Of a DNA stretch of 58,318 nucleotides, positions 19,287-29,944 are shown one piece after another; positions within the stretch are counted from its first letter, which is position 1; every line of letters starts with the position of its first letter. The DNA is from Chthoniobacter flavus (lineage in GTDB: Bacteria > Verrucomicrobiota > Verrucomicrobiia > Chthoniobacterales > JACTMZ01). The position numbers were made by a program, and so were the translations under genes. Location: positions 1 through 58,318 of the forward strand of contig CAMBUL010000006.1 in assembly GCA_945871065.1 (NCBI GenBank), written 5' to 3'. The notes under the pieces were generated by a model. The model was not told the origin of the DNA and did no database searches. It saw nothing but the letters and a program-made list of their open reading frames with translations.

Positions 19287-20116
19287 ATGGTTTTCTTACG
19301 GGTGAATACTTGGCTGGCGATCACGAGGACCGCAGTAGCGGCGATAAACAGCGTGCTGAGGGCGTTGAGTTGCGGATTGAGGCCCACGCGGACCATGCCG
19401 TAAACCTTGAGCGGCAAGGTTTGGGAGTCGGCTCCGCTGGTGAAGATGGTGACGATGTATTCGTCGAACGAGAGGGTGAAGGACATGAGGGCCCCTGCCA
19501 CGATGGCGGGCAAGAGATAGGGGATGATGACGAGCCAAAAGGCTTTGAGCGGGGTGGCGCCGAGGTCCATCGCGGCTTCCTCCAGCGAGGGATCGATGCC
19601 TTGCAGTCGCGCCTGCACGCCCACGAGCACAAAGGGGAAGCAGAAGGTGGTGTGGGCGATGATCAAGGTGGTGTAGCCGAGGGGGATGCCCAGCGAGACG
19701 AAAAGTACCAGGAGGCTGACGCCCATGAGGACTTCGGGCATGACCATGGGGATGAAAATGAGAAGGCCGAGGGTCTGCTGGGCGGGAAAGCGGTAGCGGT
19801 AGAGAAGCCAGGCGGCCGAAGTGCCGATGACCACGGAGAGCGCGGTGGTGGTGGTGGCGACAATGAGGCTGTTTTGGAAGGCCCGCAGCAGGACTTCATT
19901 GCCGAAGAGCATTCCGTACCACTTGGTGGTGAAGCCCGCCCAGTAGAGGTTGAGTTTCGAGTCGTTGAACGAATAAACAACAAGGAGAACGATGGGGAGA
20001 TAAAGGAAGGCAAAGACGGCAATCGTCCAGCCGCCGAAGAAGGCGCGCTGCACGGCTGGTCCCTGGGGCAGCCACCAACGCCGCCCGGGGGGCACCAAAG
20101 AGGGTGCATCCGTCAT
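19283..20116 (-). CDS. potC: Polyamine ABC transporter permease
   Basis: FLYLPI...YSFN, PE..MGVSLL, EEAAMDLGA, FTLSFDE. Confidence 0.88.
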   Translation of the reverse strand: MTDAPSLVPPGRRWWLPQGPAVQRAFFGGWTIAVFAFLYLPIVLLVVYSFNDSKLNLYWAGFTTKWYGMLFGNEVLLRAFQNSLIVATTTTALSVVIGTSAAWLLYRYRFPAQQTLGLLIFIPMVMPEVLMGVSLLVLFVSLGIPLGYTTLIIAHTTFCFPFVLVGVQARLQGIDPSLEEAAMDLGATPLKAFWLVIIPYLLPAIVAGALMSFTLSFDEYIVTIFTSGADSQTLPLKVYGMVRVGLNPQLNALSTLFIAATAVLVIASQVFTRKKTI

Positions 20117-20169
20117 CGCCACGCCCCTTCAATGCGCACGGCGCGCATTGCTGGCCAGCATAAAATTCC

Positions 20170-21051
20170 TCATTCTCCGCCGGTCAGTGCGCGGCAGGCG
20201 CGCACCGTGTTGGCCATGAGCATGGCGATGGTCATCGGCCCGACGCCGCCGGGCACGGGGGTGATGGCGCGGCACTTCGGGGCCACCGCGTCGAAATCCA
20301 CGTCGCCGACCAGACGGTAACCGCGGGGATCGGCCGGATCTTCGACCCGGTTGATCCCCACATCGATGACCACGGCGCCGTCGCGGACGTGCTCCGCACC
20401 GAGGAATTTCGGGCGGCCGAGGGCGGCGACCAGGATATCCGCCTCGCGGCAAACCGCGGCGAGGTCCGCGGTGCGCGAGTGGGCTACGGTGACCGTAGCG
20501 TCCGTGCCCTTGGCCAGCAGCAGCATGGCCATGGGTTTGCCCACGATGAGGCTGCGCCCGACCACCACGGCGCGGGCTCCGCGCGTCGGGATGTCGTAGG
20601 CGCGGAGCAATTCGAGGCAGCCGAGCGGTGTGCAGGGGACGAGGGCGGAAGGATCTTCCATGGCCAGGGCGGCAACATTGAGCGGATGGAATCCGTCGAC
20701 GTCCTTGCGCGGGTCGATCGCCCGGACCACAGCCGCCTCGTCGATGTGCCGCGGGGGCGGGGACTGCACGAGGATGCCGTGGATTGCCGGATCGGCGTTG
20801 AGACCGGCGATGAGGCGGAGCAGCTCTTCCTGCGTGGTGGAGGCGGGGAGTTCGAGTTTGCGCGAATACATGCCAAGCTCGCGGCAGGTCTTGTCCTTGC
20901 TGCGGACATAGGCCCGCGAGGCGGGATGGTCGCCGAGGAGGACCACGGCGAGACCCGGCGTGATGCCCCGGGCTCGCAGCCGGGCAATTTCGTCCGCCGT
21001 CGCGGCATGACAGCGGGCGGCAATGGCTTTTCCGTCGATAAGGGTTGTCAC
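20170..21051 (-). CDS. folD: Methylenetetrahydrofolate dehydrogenase/cyclohydrolase
   Basis: [37 protein letters not shown]. Confidence 0.96.
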   Translation of the reverse strand: MTTLIDGKAIAARCHAATADEIARLRARGITPGLAVVLLGDHPASRAYVRSKDKTCRELGMYSRKLELPASTTQEELLRLIAGLNADPAIHGILVQSPPPRHIDEAAVVRAIDPRKDVDGFHPLNVAALAMEDPSALVPCTPLGCLELLRAYDIPTRGARAVVVGRSLIVGKPMAMLLLAKGTDATVTVAHSRTADLAAVCREADILVAALGRPKFLGAEHVRDGAVVIDVGINRVEDPADPRGYRLVGDVDFDAVAPKCRAITPVPGGVGPMTIAMLMANTVRACRALTGGE

Positions 21052-21061
21052 AGTTCCTCAG

Positions 21062-21718
21062 TTAATCGGCTCCGGCCCGCAAAACCGATTCGATTTTCCG
21101 GTGTTCGGCCAAAAATGCGGCCTCGTCTTCGGTCGCGGGCACGGACAAGAGCGGACCGAGAGTGACATCGACCCGGGAGAAGGGTTTGGGGATGGCGAAG
21201 CGGTCCCACGTGCGCAGCCGCCAGGCGCTCCGGAAAGCGGCGTGGCAGGGGAGAACGGGAAGCTGTGCCTTTTGCGCGAGGTAAGTCAGGCCGGGGCCGA
21301 GTTCGTAGCAGGGTCCGCGCGGACCATCGGGGGTGATGGCGATGTCGTATCCCGCGGCCACGCGTTCAAGCAGTTCGCGCATGGCGAGAGCGCCGCGCCG
21401 GGAACTCGAGCCGCGCACGGACCCCATGCCGAGGTGCCCGGCGACCAAGCCGAGCCACGTGCCGTCCTTGCTCGGGCTGGTCAGGACGAGAACGCCGCGG
21501 CGGCCGGCTGGATAACACCTGAGAAATGCGGCGGTGATGGCGAGGATGCGATTGTGCCAGAAGGCGCAGATGACCGGCGTGGCGGGTGGCGAAGCGAGGA
21601 AGCCATGCGGGTCGTGTATGCGGATCCGAAGGGTGGCGAAGAGAATCCGCAGCAAGGCGGCGCCTCCCGCGGCGGCAGCACGTTGGGTGGCGGGAGGACG
21701 GTCTGGGTGCGCGGACAC
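21062..21718 (-). CDS. DUF374 / lysophospholipid acyltransferase family protein
   Basis: FWHNR, S.SKDG, VRGSSSRRG, ITPDGPRGP, WDRF.IPKPF. Start uncertain. Confidence 0.85.
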   Translation of the reverse strand: MSAHPDRPPATQRAAAAGGAALLRILFATLRIRIHDPHGFLASPPATPVICAFWHNRILAITAAFLRCYPAGRRGVLVLTSPSKDGTWLGLVAGHLGMGSVRGSSSRRGALAMRELLERVAAGYDIAITPDGPRGPCYELGPGLTYLAQKAQLPVLPCHAAFRSAWRLRTWDRFAIPKPFSRVDVTLGPLLSVPATEDEAAFLAEHRKIESVLRAGAD

Positions 21719-21810
21719 GGATGCGGAGATTGGCAAAGCGCCGCGGCTGCGCCAAGCGTCCAGTCGGGCGTTGATTTCCCCTGCCGTCCGGGGATACTGA
21801 GGTCCCGCCC

Positions 21811-23112
21811 ATGGAAGCCCCTGAGAAGAATTCCCTGCTCGACCGTCTGATCGACAAGTTCAACAACTCGCGTTTCTTCACGATCTCGTTCGTGCTGCAT
21901 GCGCTCCTGATTGTCATCTTCGGCGGGACGGTTCTTTTTGAAGCCATGCAGGAGCCGCCCGATTTCGAGGGTGGGGAGGGTGGATTTCTGGCCGTCGGCG
22001 AAGAGGTGGCGGCCCCTCCCACTGCGGCTCAGACGCAGCCGCAGGAGACCACCTTCACGGTGAGTACACCCACGGTGCAAAACACGACGGTGGCGGCCAT
22101 CACCACCACGGGGCAGAACCCGCTGAACTTTTCCATGGATGCGATCATCACGCCGTCTGCCATGGTCAAGCCGACCACGACGACCGCAGCGGCGGCCGCG
22201 CCGGCTTCCGTGGCGGGTGTCGCCGGCATGAGTGCGGCGGCGGCCGGACAAATCCGCGAGTTCACCGGCGGATGGGGCAAGGGTACGGGGAGCGGCACTG
22301 GGACGCGTCAGCGGGAGTTCGACTTCACCGCTTTCATCGCCAAATACGGCGGCGGCAACTGGGATTCCGTTTTCCGTATGGCCGGTGGCATTCCCCAGGG
22401 CGCGCTGCCCAATCTGCTCGAGTTCATGAGCAAGGAGTCGCGCGACAAGATCAAGACCAACTACAAAATGGTGGAACCGGTGCCGCTGGACAGCGACCGT
22501 ATCTTCGCGGCCAAACCGCCCTTCATTTTCTTCACCGGGTCGCGCGATTTTGTGCTCAGCGAGAAGGAGGTGGCGAACTTGCAAAAATATGTCCGCTTGG
22601 GCGGGGCCATCTGGGGCGACAGCTCTGTGCCCGGCCGCGGTTCGCGTTTTGATCTTGCCTTCCGGCGGGAGATGAAACGGGTCATGCCGGACAAGGACAA
22701 AGATTTCGAGGCCCTCTCGCCGAACGATTCCATGTTCCGCCGAGCGCCATACTTTCCCGAGGTGAAACAGCAGCCGCCGGGCCTGAATTATTATGACGAG
22801 CCGGTTTACGTGATGCGTTACTTCGGCGAGATTGCCATCATTTACACGGCGAACGACTACGGCGACATGTGGCAGTTCGGCATCAAGCAAAAGGGGCCGC
22901 GCGAATGGGAAATCAACAACGACCGCAACGAGCGGGGGGAACGTGTCGCCTTGGACTGGGGCCTCTACATCAACAGCGGGCTCTACATCCATAATGTCGA
23001 CCCCCGCCCCCCCATCGAGAGCATCCTCGATACCTACAAATTCGGCACCAATATAGTGATCCACCTGCTGACGCGATGGGAAGACAAGTTGCGCAGCGCG
23101 CCGCGGCTGTAA
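21811..23112 (+). CDS. Membrane-anchored DUF4159-like protein
   Basis: N-terminal TM (SFVLHALL), Thr/Ala/Gly-rich linker, then KY..G.W, PFIFFTG...L...E..NL.KY...GG, NDYG, GTNI. Confidence 0.7.
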   Translation: MEAPEKNSLLDRLIDKFNNSRFFTISFVLHALLIVIFGGTVLFEAMQEPPDFEGGEGGFLAVGEEVAAPPTAAQTQPQETTFTVSTPTVQNTTVAAITTTGQNPLNFSMDAIITPSAMVKPTTTTAAAAAPASVAGVAGMSAAAAGQIREFTGGWGKGTGSGTGTRQREFDFTAFIAKYGGGNWDSVFRMAGGIPQGALPNLLEFMSKESRDKIKTNYKMVEPVPLDSDRIFAAKPPFIFFTGSRDFVLSEKEVANLQKYVRLGGAIWGDSSVPGRGSRFDLAFRREMKRVMPDKDKDFEALSPNDSMFRRAPYFPEVKQQPPGLNYYDEPVYVMRYFGEIAIIYTANDYGDMWQFGIKQKGPREWEINNDRNERGERVALDWGLYINSGLYIHNVDPRPPIESILDTYKFGTNIVIHLLTRWEDKLRSAPRL

Positions 23113-23140
23113 GGTTGGCGGACGGCTGAAAGGTTCCGGC

Positions 23141-23779
23141 TTACGTCCCGAAGATGCGGTCGCCCGCGTCGCCCAAGCCGGGGGTGATGTAGCCACGCTC
23201 GTCGAGCGCATCGTCCAGTGCGGCTCCGTAGATGGTCATGTCCGGGTGCGCAGCCCGCAGGCGTTCGACCCCTTGGCGGGAAGCGACGATGCAAGCGCAG
23301 GTCATTTTTGGGATCCCTTCTTTTTTGAGGCGGTCGGCCGCCGCAGCAAGGCTGTTGCCGGTGGCCAGCATCGGGTCGAGGAGCAGGACATGGGCATTGC
23401 CGGCGCCGGGGGGAAGGCGGAAGTAATAGCTGACTGGCTCAAGGGTTTCCTCGTTGCGGAACATGCCGATGTGTCCGACGGCGGCTGAAGGGAACATGCG
23501 CAGGACGCCGTCGGACATGGCGAGGCCGGCTCGCAAGACGGGGACGAGGACCAGTGGTCGTGCGGCGCGGAAGCCGGGCGCGGGCCCGAGTGGGGTCTGC
23601 ACGGTGACCGGTTGCGTTTCGAAATCACGCAGTGCTTCGTAGGCCACAAGCTGGGAGAGTTCCTGGAGCAGGCGCCGGAATTCGGGCGGTGGCGTGGCCT
23701 TGTCGCGAAGGGCGGAAACCTTGAGGTCGGCCAGGGGGTGGCGCACCAGGTGGAATCCGGGGAGAGGCTGATCGGTCAT
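23141..23779 (-). CDS. upp: Uracil phosphoribosyltransferase
   Basis: [30 protein letters not shown]. Confidence 0.96.
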   Translation of the reverse strand: MTDQPLPGFHLVRHPLADLKVSALRDKATPPPEFRRLLQELSQLVAYEALRDFETQPVTVQTPLGPAPGFRAARPLVLVPVLRAGLAMSDGVLRMFPSAAVGHIGMFRNEETLEPVSYYFRLPPGAGNAHVLLLDPMLATGNSLAAAADRLKKEGIPKMTCACIVASRQGVERLRAAHPDMTIYGAALDDALDERGYITPGLGDAGDRIFGT

Positions 23780-23868
23780 GCCGACCCACTATGGCGGTCT
23801 TCGCCCTGCACGGTCAATGCGCGTCAGGGTTGGCCCCACCGGATCGGCCTGCTAGTGTCCTTCGCTCC

Positions 23869-25392
23869 ATGAAAATCCGCCGCGCCCTTCTTTCCGTCAC
23901 CGACAAAACCGGCCTGGTCGAATTCGCCCGCGGCCTGGCCGCCGCCGGAGTGGAAATGCTTTCGACCGGTGGAACCGCCGCAGCTCTGCGCGGGGCGGGC
24001 CTGGAGGTGAAGGATGTCGCCGAGCATACCGGTTTTCCGGAAATGCTCGACGGCCGGGTCAAAACCCTGCACCCCGTGATCCATGGCGGGTTGCTCTTCC
24101 GCCGCGATCTTCCGGCCCACGAGGCACAGGCGGCGGCGCATGGCATCGCGCCGATCGATCTGGTGGTGGTCAACCTCTACGCCTTTGCAAAGACCGTCGC
24201 CCGCGACGGTGTGACGCGCGAGGAGGCGATCGAGAACATCGACATCGGCGGCCCTTCCATGCTGCGCAGCGCAGCGAAGAATCACGCGGCGGTCACGGTA
24301 GTGTGCGATCCGGGCGACTATGCGGAAGTCCTGCGCGAGATGAAGGCCAGCGGCGGGGCGACGTCGTCCGGCTTGCGGGCGCGCCTCGCGGCCAGAGTGT
24401 TCGACCTTACCGCGCGTTACGACCGGGCCATTGCCGATTATCTGGGTGGCCCATCTCCCCGCGGTTCGTCCTTCTCCTGCGCGATCCCGCTCACGGCGAG
24501 CCTCCGCTACGGTGAAAACCCGCACCAAAAAGCCGAACTCTACGGCAGGTTTTCCGACCATCTCGAGCAACTGCACGGCAAGGAACTTTCCTACAACAAC
24601 ATCCTCGATATCACGGCCGCCGTGGATCTCATCGCGGAATTCACCGAGCCGACGGTGGCCATCCTCAAACACACCAACCCGTGCGGGGTGGGGAGCGGCG
24701 GGGATCTTCTCGCCGCTTGGGACAAGGCCTTCGCGACCGATCGTCAGGCGCCGTTTGGCGGGATCATCATTGCCAACCGGCCGATGACCGAGGCGTTGGC
24801 CGGCGCGATTGCCGGCATCTTCAGCGAGGTCATCATCGCGCCGGATTTTCCGCCCGCCGCGCTGGACATCCTGCAAAAAAAGAAAAACCTGCGCCTGATG
24901 AAACTCCGGAGCTTGCCGGAGGTGGCCTCGCGCGACGTGCGTTCGGTCGTAGGTGGTCTCCTCGTGCAGGACCACGACGCGAGGGGTGAGGAGTTGGCCG
25001 GGAGCAAGTTGGCCACTCGTCGCGCCCCCACGCCGGAGGAACAGCGGGCCATGGACTTCGGATGGAAGGTGGTCAAACACGTCAAATCCAACGCCATTGT
25101 CTTTGCCGGTCCGGACCGGACGCTCGGGATCGGCGCCGGCCAGATGTCGCGGGTTGATTCGGTGCGCATCGCGGTGTGGAAAGCGGGTGAAGCGGGCTTG
25201 TCCTTGGCGGGCAGTGTGGTGGCCAGCGACGCTTTTTTCCCGTTTCCCGACGGACTGATTGCCGCCGCTGCAGCGGGCGCGACGGCGGCCGTGCAACCGG
25301 GCGGTTCGGTGCGCGATGAAGAGGTGGTCCGGGCGGCCGACGAGCGCGGCCTGGCCATGGTTCTGACCGGGAAACGCCACTTCCGGCATTAA
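23869..25392 (+). CDS. purH: Bifunctional AICAR transformylase/IMP cyclohydrolase
   Basis: [41 protein letters not shown]. Confidence 0.97.
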   Translation: MKIRRALLSVTDKTGLVEFARGLAAAGVEMLSTGGTAAALRGAGLEVKDVAEHTGFPEMLDGRVKTLHPVIHGGLLFRRDLPAHEAQAAAHGIAPIDLVVVNLYAFAKTVARDGVTREEAIENIDIGGPSMLRSAAKNHAAVTVVCDPGDYAEVLREMKASGGATSSGLRARLAARVFDLTARYDRAIADYLGGPSPRGSSFSCAIPLTASLRYGENPHQKAELYGRFSDHLEQLHGKELSYNNILDITAAVDLIAEFTEPTVAILKHTNPCGVGSGGDLLAAWDKAFATDRQAPFGGIIIANRPMTEALAGAIAGIFSEVIIAPDFPPAALDILQKKKNLRLMKLRSLPEVASRDVRSVVGGLLVQDHDARGEELAGSKLATRRAPTPEEQRAMDFGWKVVKHVKSNAIVFAGPDRTLGIGAGQMSRVDSVRIAVWKAGEAGLSLAGSVVASDAFFPFPDGLIAAAAAGATAAVQPGGSVRDEEVVRAADERGLAMVLTGKRHFRH

Positions 25393-25432
25393 TTCCTCCG
25401 CATCCTGCCATGGCTTGGCTTAGATTGCGCGG

Positions 25433-27031
25433 GTGACCTACCAAGTCTTCGCCCGCAAATACCGCCCCCAGCTGTTCGAGGAAGTCCTTGGCCAGGACAC
25501 CGTGGTGCGCACCCTGCGCAATGCGATCAAGAGCGGACGCTTGGCCCATGCTTACCTCTTTGTCGGTCCGCGCGGGGTGGGCAAGACTTCGACCGCGCGC
25601 ATTTTTGCCAAGGCGCTTAATTGCGTGAAGGGGCCGACCGAGACGCCCTGCGGCCAATGTGACCCGTGCCGTGAAATCACGGCCGGCAACAGCCTCGATG
25701 TTCTCGAGATCGACGGGGCCAGCAACAACGGCGTCGAGCAGGTGCGCGAGTTGCGCGAGAATGTCCGCTTCCTGCCCACGCGCGGCCAGTTCCGTATCTA
25801 CCTGATCGACGAGGTGCACATGCTGAGCGGACCGGCCTTCAACGCCCTGCTGAAAACCCTCGAAGAGCCACCGCCGCACGTGAAATTCCTCTTCGCCACG
25901 ACCGAGGCGCACAAGTTGCCCGCCACCATCATCAGCCGTTGCCAGCGTTTCGACCTCCAGCCGATCCGCGACGAGGTGGCGGCGAAGCATTTACTGGCCA
26001 TCGCCAAGCAGGAGAAGGTGACGCTCGATCCCGCGGCCGCGGAGGTCATTGCCCGCGCTTCCGAGGGCGGCATGCGGGACGCGGAGTCGATGCTCGACCA
26101 GGTGGTTTCCTTCTGCGGGAACAAGGTGGCGGAAGAGGATGTCCTTTCCATCTTCGGTTTTGCCTCGGCCGAGGATGTGGCGTCACTCGGGGGGCACATT
26201 CTGGCGGGCGATGCCGCATCAGCGCTCAACCTCGTGGCGGCGCAAGGCGAGGCGGGCAAGGATCTGGGACGGCTCTTGGCCGATTTGGTTGCCCTGACCC
26301 GCGACCTGCTGGTCGGCGAGGTCACGGCCAAGGAATTACCGGGCCGGCGGGGCGAATTGCTGGCGCCTTTGCGCGGACGCTCCACGCCGCGCAAGCTGAC
26401 CGAGCTGCTCGAGATTCTTTCCTCGGCGGAGGCCGGCCTGCGTTTCACTCCGGACAAGAAGCTTCCCTTGGAAGTCGCGGTGATCAAGGGGATCCACCTC
26501 CTTCACACCGCGGACCTTGACGAGGTGTTGGAGGCCTTGGCCGGCTTGGGCGGTGGTGCTTCCGTGGCTCCGTCCGCCCCGCGCCTTGCGCCCCGTGCTG
26601 CGGTGCCCCAGGCCGCCGTCAAGGTGGCCGCCAAACCGGCGGCAGCTCCCGTCTCCGCTGATGCGCGCGCCACGTGGCAACGTATCGTCGGCGACATCGC
26701 CGCCAAACAACCGCTGCGCAGCGCATGGCTCGATAAAGCGGGTGAGGTGGCCGAGGAAGATGGCGTCCTGCGGGTGGTCTTCCCGAGTGATCAGGAAAAG
26801 CAGCTGAAGACACCGCCGGTCAAGGAGCAGGGCAAAATCATCGAGGAATTGTGGAAGCAGTCGACCGGTCGCGCCATCGTCTTCCGCCCCGAAGCAACGG
26901 GTGCGGTCAGTGCCCCGACCGCGCCTCCGGCCTCCACCTCGCCGACGGCTGAAAATTTTGCAAACGATGCGGGTATCGAGGCGGCCATCGAGCTGTTCGG
27001 TGCCACGCTCGAACCGGAGGAAAAATCATGA
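25433..27031 (+). CDS. dnaX: DNA polymerase III subunit gamma/tau
   Basis: ARKYRP, GPRGVGKT, EIDGASN, DEVHML, SRC. Confidence 0.96.
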   Translation: MTYQVFARKYRPQLFEEVLGQDTVVRTLRNAIKSGRLAHAYLFVGPRGVGKTSTARIFAKALNCVKGPTETPCGQCDPCREITAGNSLDVLEIDGASNNGVEQVRELRENVRFLPTRGQFRIYLIDEVHMLSGPAFNALLKTLEEPPPHVKFLFATTEAHKLPATIISRCQRFDLQPIRDEVAAKHLLAIAKQEKVTLDPAAAEVIARASEGGMRDAESMLDQVVSFCGNKVAEEDVLSIFGFASAEDVASLGGHILAGDAASALNLVAAQGEAGKDLGRLLADLVALTRDLLVGEVTAKELPGRRGELLAPLRGRSTPRKLTELLEILSSAEAGLRFTPDKKLPLEVAVIKGIHLLHTADLDEVLEALAGLGGGASVAPSAPRLAPRAAVPQAAVKVAAKPAAAPVSADARATWQRIVGDIAAKQPLRSAWLDKAGEVAEEDGVLRVVFPSDQEKQLKTPPVKEQGKIIEELWKQSTGRAIVFRPEATGAVSAPTAPPASTSPTAENFANDAGIEAAIELFGATLEPEEKS

Positions 27032-27342
27032 ACATCCAGAAAATGATGAAAGAGGCGCAAAAAATGCAGGAGCGCCTGACCCAAGCCCAAACCGATCTTG
27101 CCTCGCAGGAATTGGAGGTATCGTCCGGTGGCGGCAAAGTCACGGTCAGAGCCAACGGATCGGGTGAGATCACCGCGGTGAAAATTTCCAAGGACGTGGT
27201 CGATCCCGAGGATGTGGAAATGCTCGAGGACCTCGTGCTTTCCGGCGTCCGGGAGGCGCAGGAAGCCGCGCGCAAGCTGCAAGCCGACACCATGGGTAAA
27301 GTGACCGGCGGCCTGGGCGGGCTACCTGGTTTGGGGCTCTGA
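27028..27342 (+). CDS. ebfC: YbaB/EbfC nucleoid-associated protein
   Basis: MMK.AQKMQ, SGGG.V.V...G, D.E.LEDL; overlaps the dnaX stop. Confidence 0.93.
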   Translation: MNIQKMMKEAQKMQERLTQAQTDLASQELEVSSGGGKVTVRANGSGEITAVKISKDVVDPEDVEMLEDLVLSGVREAQEAARKLQADTMGKVTGGLGGLPGLGL

Positions 27343-27391
27343 TCGGGGCTCTCGGTCGCGAGGTCATTGCCCGGAGTTCCGGTTGAATTCC

Positions 27392-27476
27392 CCGCGGGTT
27401 GCGGAGTGCATCCGGCGCGTCGGGGACGCCGCGCCCTACCTGGCGTTGGTAGGGCGGGGCCTCCGGACCCGCCGCG
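27392..27476. repeat. GTAG-type REP pair upstream of RAYT
   Basis: ...CGGCGCGTCGGGGACGCCGCGCCCTACC (ends 27440) and GGTAGGGCGGGGCCTCCGGACCCGCCGCG (27448-27476). Confidence 0.8.
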
Positions 27477-27527
27477 ACCGTGATCGGGCTTTCGGATGTT
27501 GTAAACTTGTCGCAAGATTGTGGGACC

Positions 27528-27968
27528 ATGTCCGGATCACGTCCGACCCGTCGCCGATTGCCCCACGATATTCCGTCGTGGATTCCGGATGGAGAGATCT
27601 ATTTTTTGACCATTTGTGCGCGTGAGCGAGGCGAATCGGTCTTGATGGAACCGGCCGGCCGGCTGGTTGAGTCGGCGGTTTTTTACCATCAAATCCAGCG
27701 CTGGTTTTTGCACCTGCTTGTCGTCATGCCCGACCATTTGCATCTTCTGGCTTCATTTCCGGCTACTCCGGGTCTGCGCACAACGGTGAGCGCGTGGAAA
27801 AGCTTCACCGCGAAACAGTCGGGTTTCCGCTGGCAAACAGACTTCTTCGAGCACCGACTACGGGCTGAGGAAAGTTTTGACGAGAAGGCGCATTACATCC
27901 GCATGAACCCGGTCCGCGCCGGTTTGTGCGAAGCGTGGCCGGACTGGCCGCACCGCTGGCCGCAGTAA
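27528..27968 (+). CDS. REP-associated tyrosine transposase (RAYT, Y1 HUH)
   Basis: YFLTIC, VMPDHLH (HUH), WQ..FFEH.LR, YIRMNPVRAGL; flanked by REPs. Confidence 0.9.
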   Translation: MSGSRPTRRRLPHDIPSWIPDGEIYFLTICARERGESVLMEPAGRLVESAVFYHQIQRWFLHLLVVMPDHLHLLASFPATPGLRTTVSAWKSFTAKQSGFRWQTDFFEHRLRAEESFDEKAHYIRMNPVRAGLCEAWPDWPHRWPQ

Positions 27969-27976
27969 TTCCCCAA

Positions 27977-28049
27977 GGTGGGGCGGGGCCTCCAGATCCG
28001 CCGCGGGTGGCGGCATGTACCCGCCGCGTCAGGGACGCCGCGCTTTACC
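27977..28049. repeat. REP pair (REPIN/BIME-like) downstream of RAYT
   Basis: GGTGGGGCGGGGCCTCCAGATCCGCCGCG plus ...GGGACGCCGCGCTTTACC; 28001-28049 matches 27392-27440 at 40/49 positions. Confidence 0.8.
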
Positions 28050-28058
28050 GGGGGGGTG

Positions 28059-28982
28059 CTACCGGCTCAATTCGAGCATGCGGCGGAGAGGCAATTCGGC
28101 GCGGGCGCGGAGATCCTCCTCTATGACAATCTGCGGCGAAAGGTCGCGCAGGCAGTCGCGCAGTTTCTCCAGCGTGTTCATTTTCATGTAACGGCAGTCG
28201 GCGCAGGCGCAGTGGTCGGTCGGACCGGGGATGAAGGTTTTTTCCGGGATCTCGCGGTGCAGCCGGTGAAGCATGCCGGATTCGGTGACGATGATGAAAG
28301 CTTGGGCCGGAGATTGCCGGCAGTAGCTGACCATTTTCTCGGTCGAGCACACTTCGTCGGCCAGAATGCGCACGGCATGCGTGCACTCGGGGTGAGCGAC
28401 AACCGGGGCGGCGGGGTATGCCGCGCGGATTTTTTCAATGCTTTGACGGGTGAATTCGACGTGGACGTAGCAGTTGCCCTGCCAGAGCGTCAGGGGACGG
28501 CCGGTTTGTTCGGTGACCCACGCACCCAGGTTTTCGTCCGGGACAAAGAGGATATTGCGGTCAGCGGGGACACTTTCGACAATTTTCACCGCGTTGCCGC
28601 TGGTGCAGATGACATCGGAAAGCGCTTTCACCCCGGCCGAGCAATTGATGTAGGCGACGACGTAAAAATTCTCCGCGGCATGCTCCTTGAGGTAAGCGGC
28701 CAGTTTGTCGGGCGGGCACGAATCGCTGAGCGAGCAGCCTGCTTCGAGGTCGGGAATGACCACCGTCTTGCCGGGGTTAACGATTTTCGCCGTCTCGCCC
28801 ATGAAATGGACCCCACAGAAAGCGATGACGTCGGCCCCGGTCTCGGCCGCCCGGTAGGCCAGGCCGAGCGAATCACCCACGTGGTCGGCCAGCTCTTGAA
28901 TTTCGGCCACCTGATAGTTGTGGGCGAGAATGACCGCGTTGCGCTCGCTTTTCAGGCGTTTGATTTCGTCGGCCAGAAACAT
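28059..28982 (-). CDS. nadA: Quinolinate synthase A
   Basis: ILAHNYQ, GDSL, FCGVHFMGE, GCSL, YIN, C.VH, AHPEC, C.YMK. Confidence 0.95.
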   Translation of the reverse strand: MFLADEIKRLKSERNAVILAHNYQVAEIQELADHVGDSLGLAYRAAETGADVIAFCGVHFMGETAKIVNPGKTVVIPDLEAGCSLSDSCPPDKLAAYLKEHAAENFYVVAYINCSAGVKALSDVICTSGNAVKIVESVPADRNILFVPDENLGAWVTEQTGRPLTLWQGNCYVHVEFTRQSIEKIRAAYPAAPVVAHPECTHAVRILADEVCSTEKMVSYCRQSPAQAFIIVTESGMLHRLHREIPEKTFIPGPTDHCACADCRYMKMNTLEKLRDCLRDLSPQIVIEEDLRARAELPLRRMLELSR

Positions 28983-29017
28983 GGGGCTACGATGACGGAA
29001 CGGGTGCGCCGGGGCAA

Positions 29018-29944
29018 TCAGAGGACGAGGCCGTCGAGGTCGGCCGGTGCGCCGATGGAACGGACCTCGGTCCCTGGGCGAATCCGTGCTATCATTCCGG
29101 CAAGTGTTGTTCCGGGACCGAGTTCGAGGAAGGTGTCGCATCCTTCGTGGTCGAGGAGACAGGTCACGCATTCTGCCCAGCGCACGCTGCCGGTGACCTG
29201 ATCGGCGAGCGAGCGGCGGATGTCGTCCGCGGTTCGCACCGGCTTGGCATCGACATTGCAGACCACGGGAAAACGCGGTTCGTGCAGCGGGGTCTGCAGG
29301 AGCACTTCGCCGAGACGTTCGTAGGCCGGTTGCATGAGTCGTGAGTGGAAGGCGCCGGCCACCTTGAGTTCCACCGCCTTGCGGATGCCGTAGTCCTTGG
29401 CCATGCCCACCGCGAGGGAGACCTTGCCGGCCTCGCCGGAGATGACAATTTGCCCCGGGGAATTGATGTTGGCCACGTCGACATCGGTGGCCGCCGCCAA
29501 GTCGCGGACGACATTTTCATCCACGCCGATCATGGCGGCCATCGCCCCTTGGGTCGCCTCGCAGGCCTCCTGCATGAATTGTCCGCGCTGGGCCACAAGG
29601 CGCAGCCCGGTCGCGAAATCGAAGGTACCGGCGGCGGCATGGGCCGTGAATTCGCCGAGGGAGAGTCCTGCGCCGCCAGCCACCGGAAAATCCCCCAGCT
29701 TCTCCCGCACCACGGCGAGGGCGGCAAGTCCGTGGACAAAGAGCGCGGGCTGGCAAATGGAAGTCTTGGTCAGCTCCTCCGCAGGACCTTCCCAGCAGAA
29801 TTTGCTCAACGGCCAGCCGAGAATTTCGTCGGCCTGACGAAAGACATCGGCAGCCACCGGGAACTCGGCAGCCAGTTCCTTCCCCATCCCCACGGCCTGC
29901 GCGCCCTGGCCGGGAAAGATGAGGGCAATTTTTCGAGTAGTCAT
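29018..29944 (-). CDS. fabD: Malonyl-CoA:ACP transacylase
   Basis: FPGQGAQ, GLSLGE, AFHS.LM, VRW. Confidence 0.95.
   Translation of the reverse strand: MTTRKIALIFPGQGAQAVGMGKELAAEFPVAADVFRQADEILGWPLSKFCWEGPAEELTKTSICQPALFVHGLAALAVVREKLGDFPVAGGAGLSLGEFTAHAAAGTFDFATGLRLVAQRGQFMQEACEATQGAMAAMIGVDENVVRDLAAATDVDVANINSPGQIVISGEAGKVSLAVGMAKDYGIRKAVELKVAGAFHSRLMQPAYERLGEVLLQTPLHEPRFPVVCNVDAKPVRTADDIRRSLADQVTGSVRWAECVTCLLDHEGCDTFLELGPGTTLAGMIARIRPGTEVRSIGAPADLDGLVL

Noticed and set aside
23780-23868. ZTP riboswitch upstream of purH
   Set aside because: Only 89 bp shared with divergent upp; no recognisable aptamer.
25433-27031. Programmed frameshift in dnaX
   Set aside because: No A-AAA-AAG or long homopolymer slippery site seen.
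27392-28049. CRISPR array
   Set aside because: The repeats are palindromic REPs flanking a RAYT, with no regular repeat-spacer period and no cas genes.
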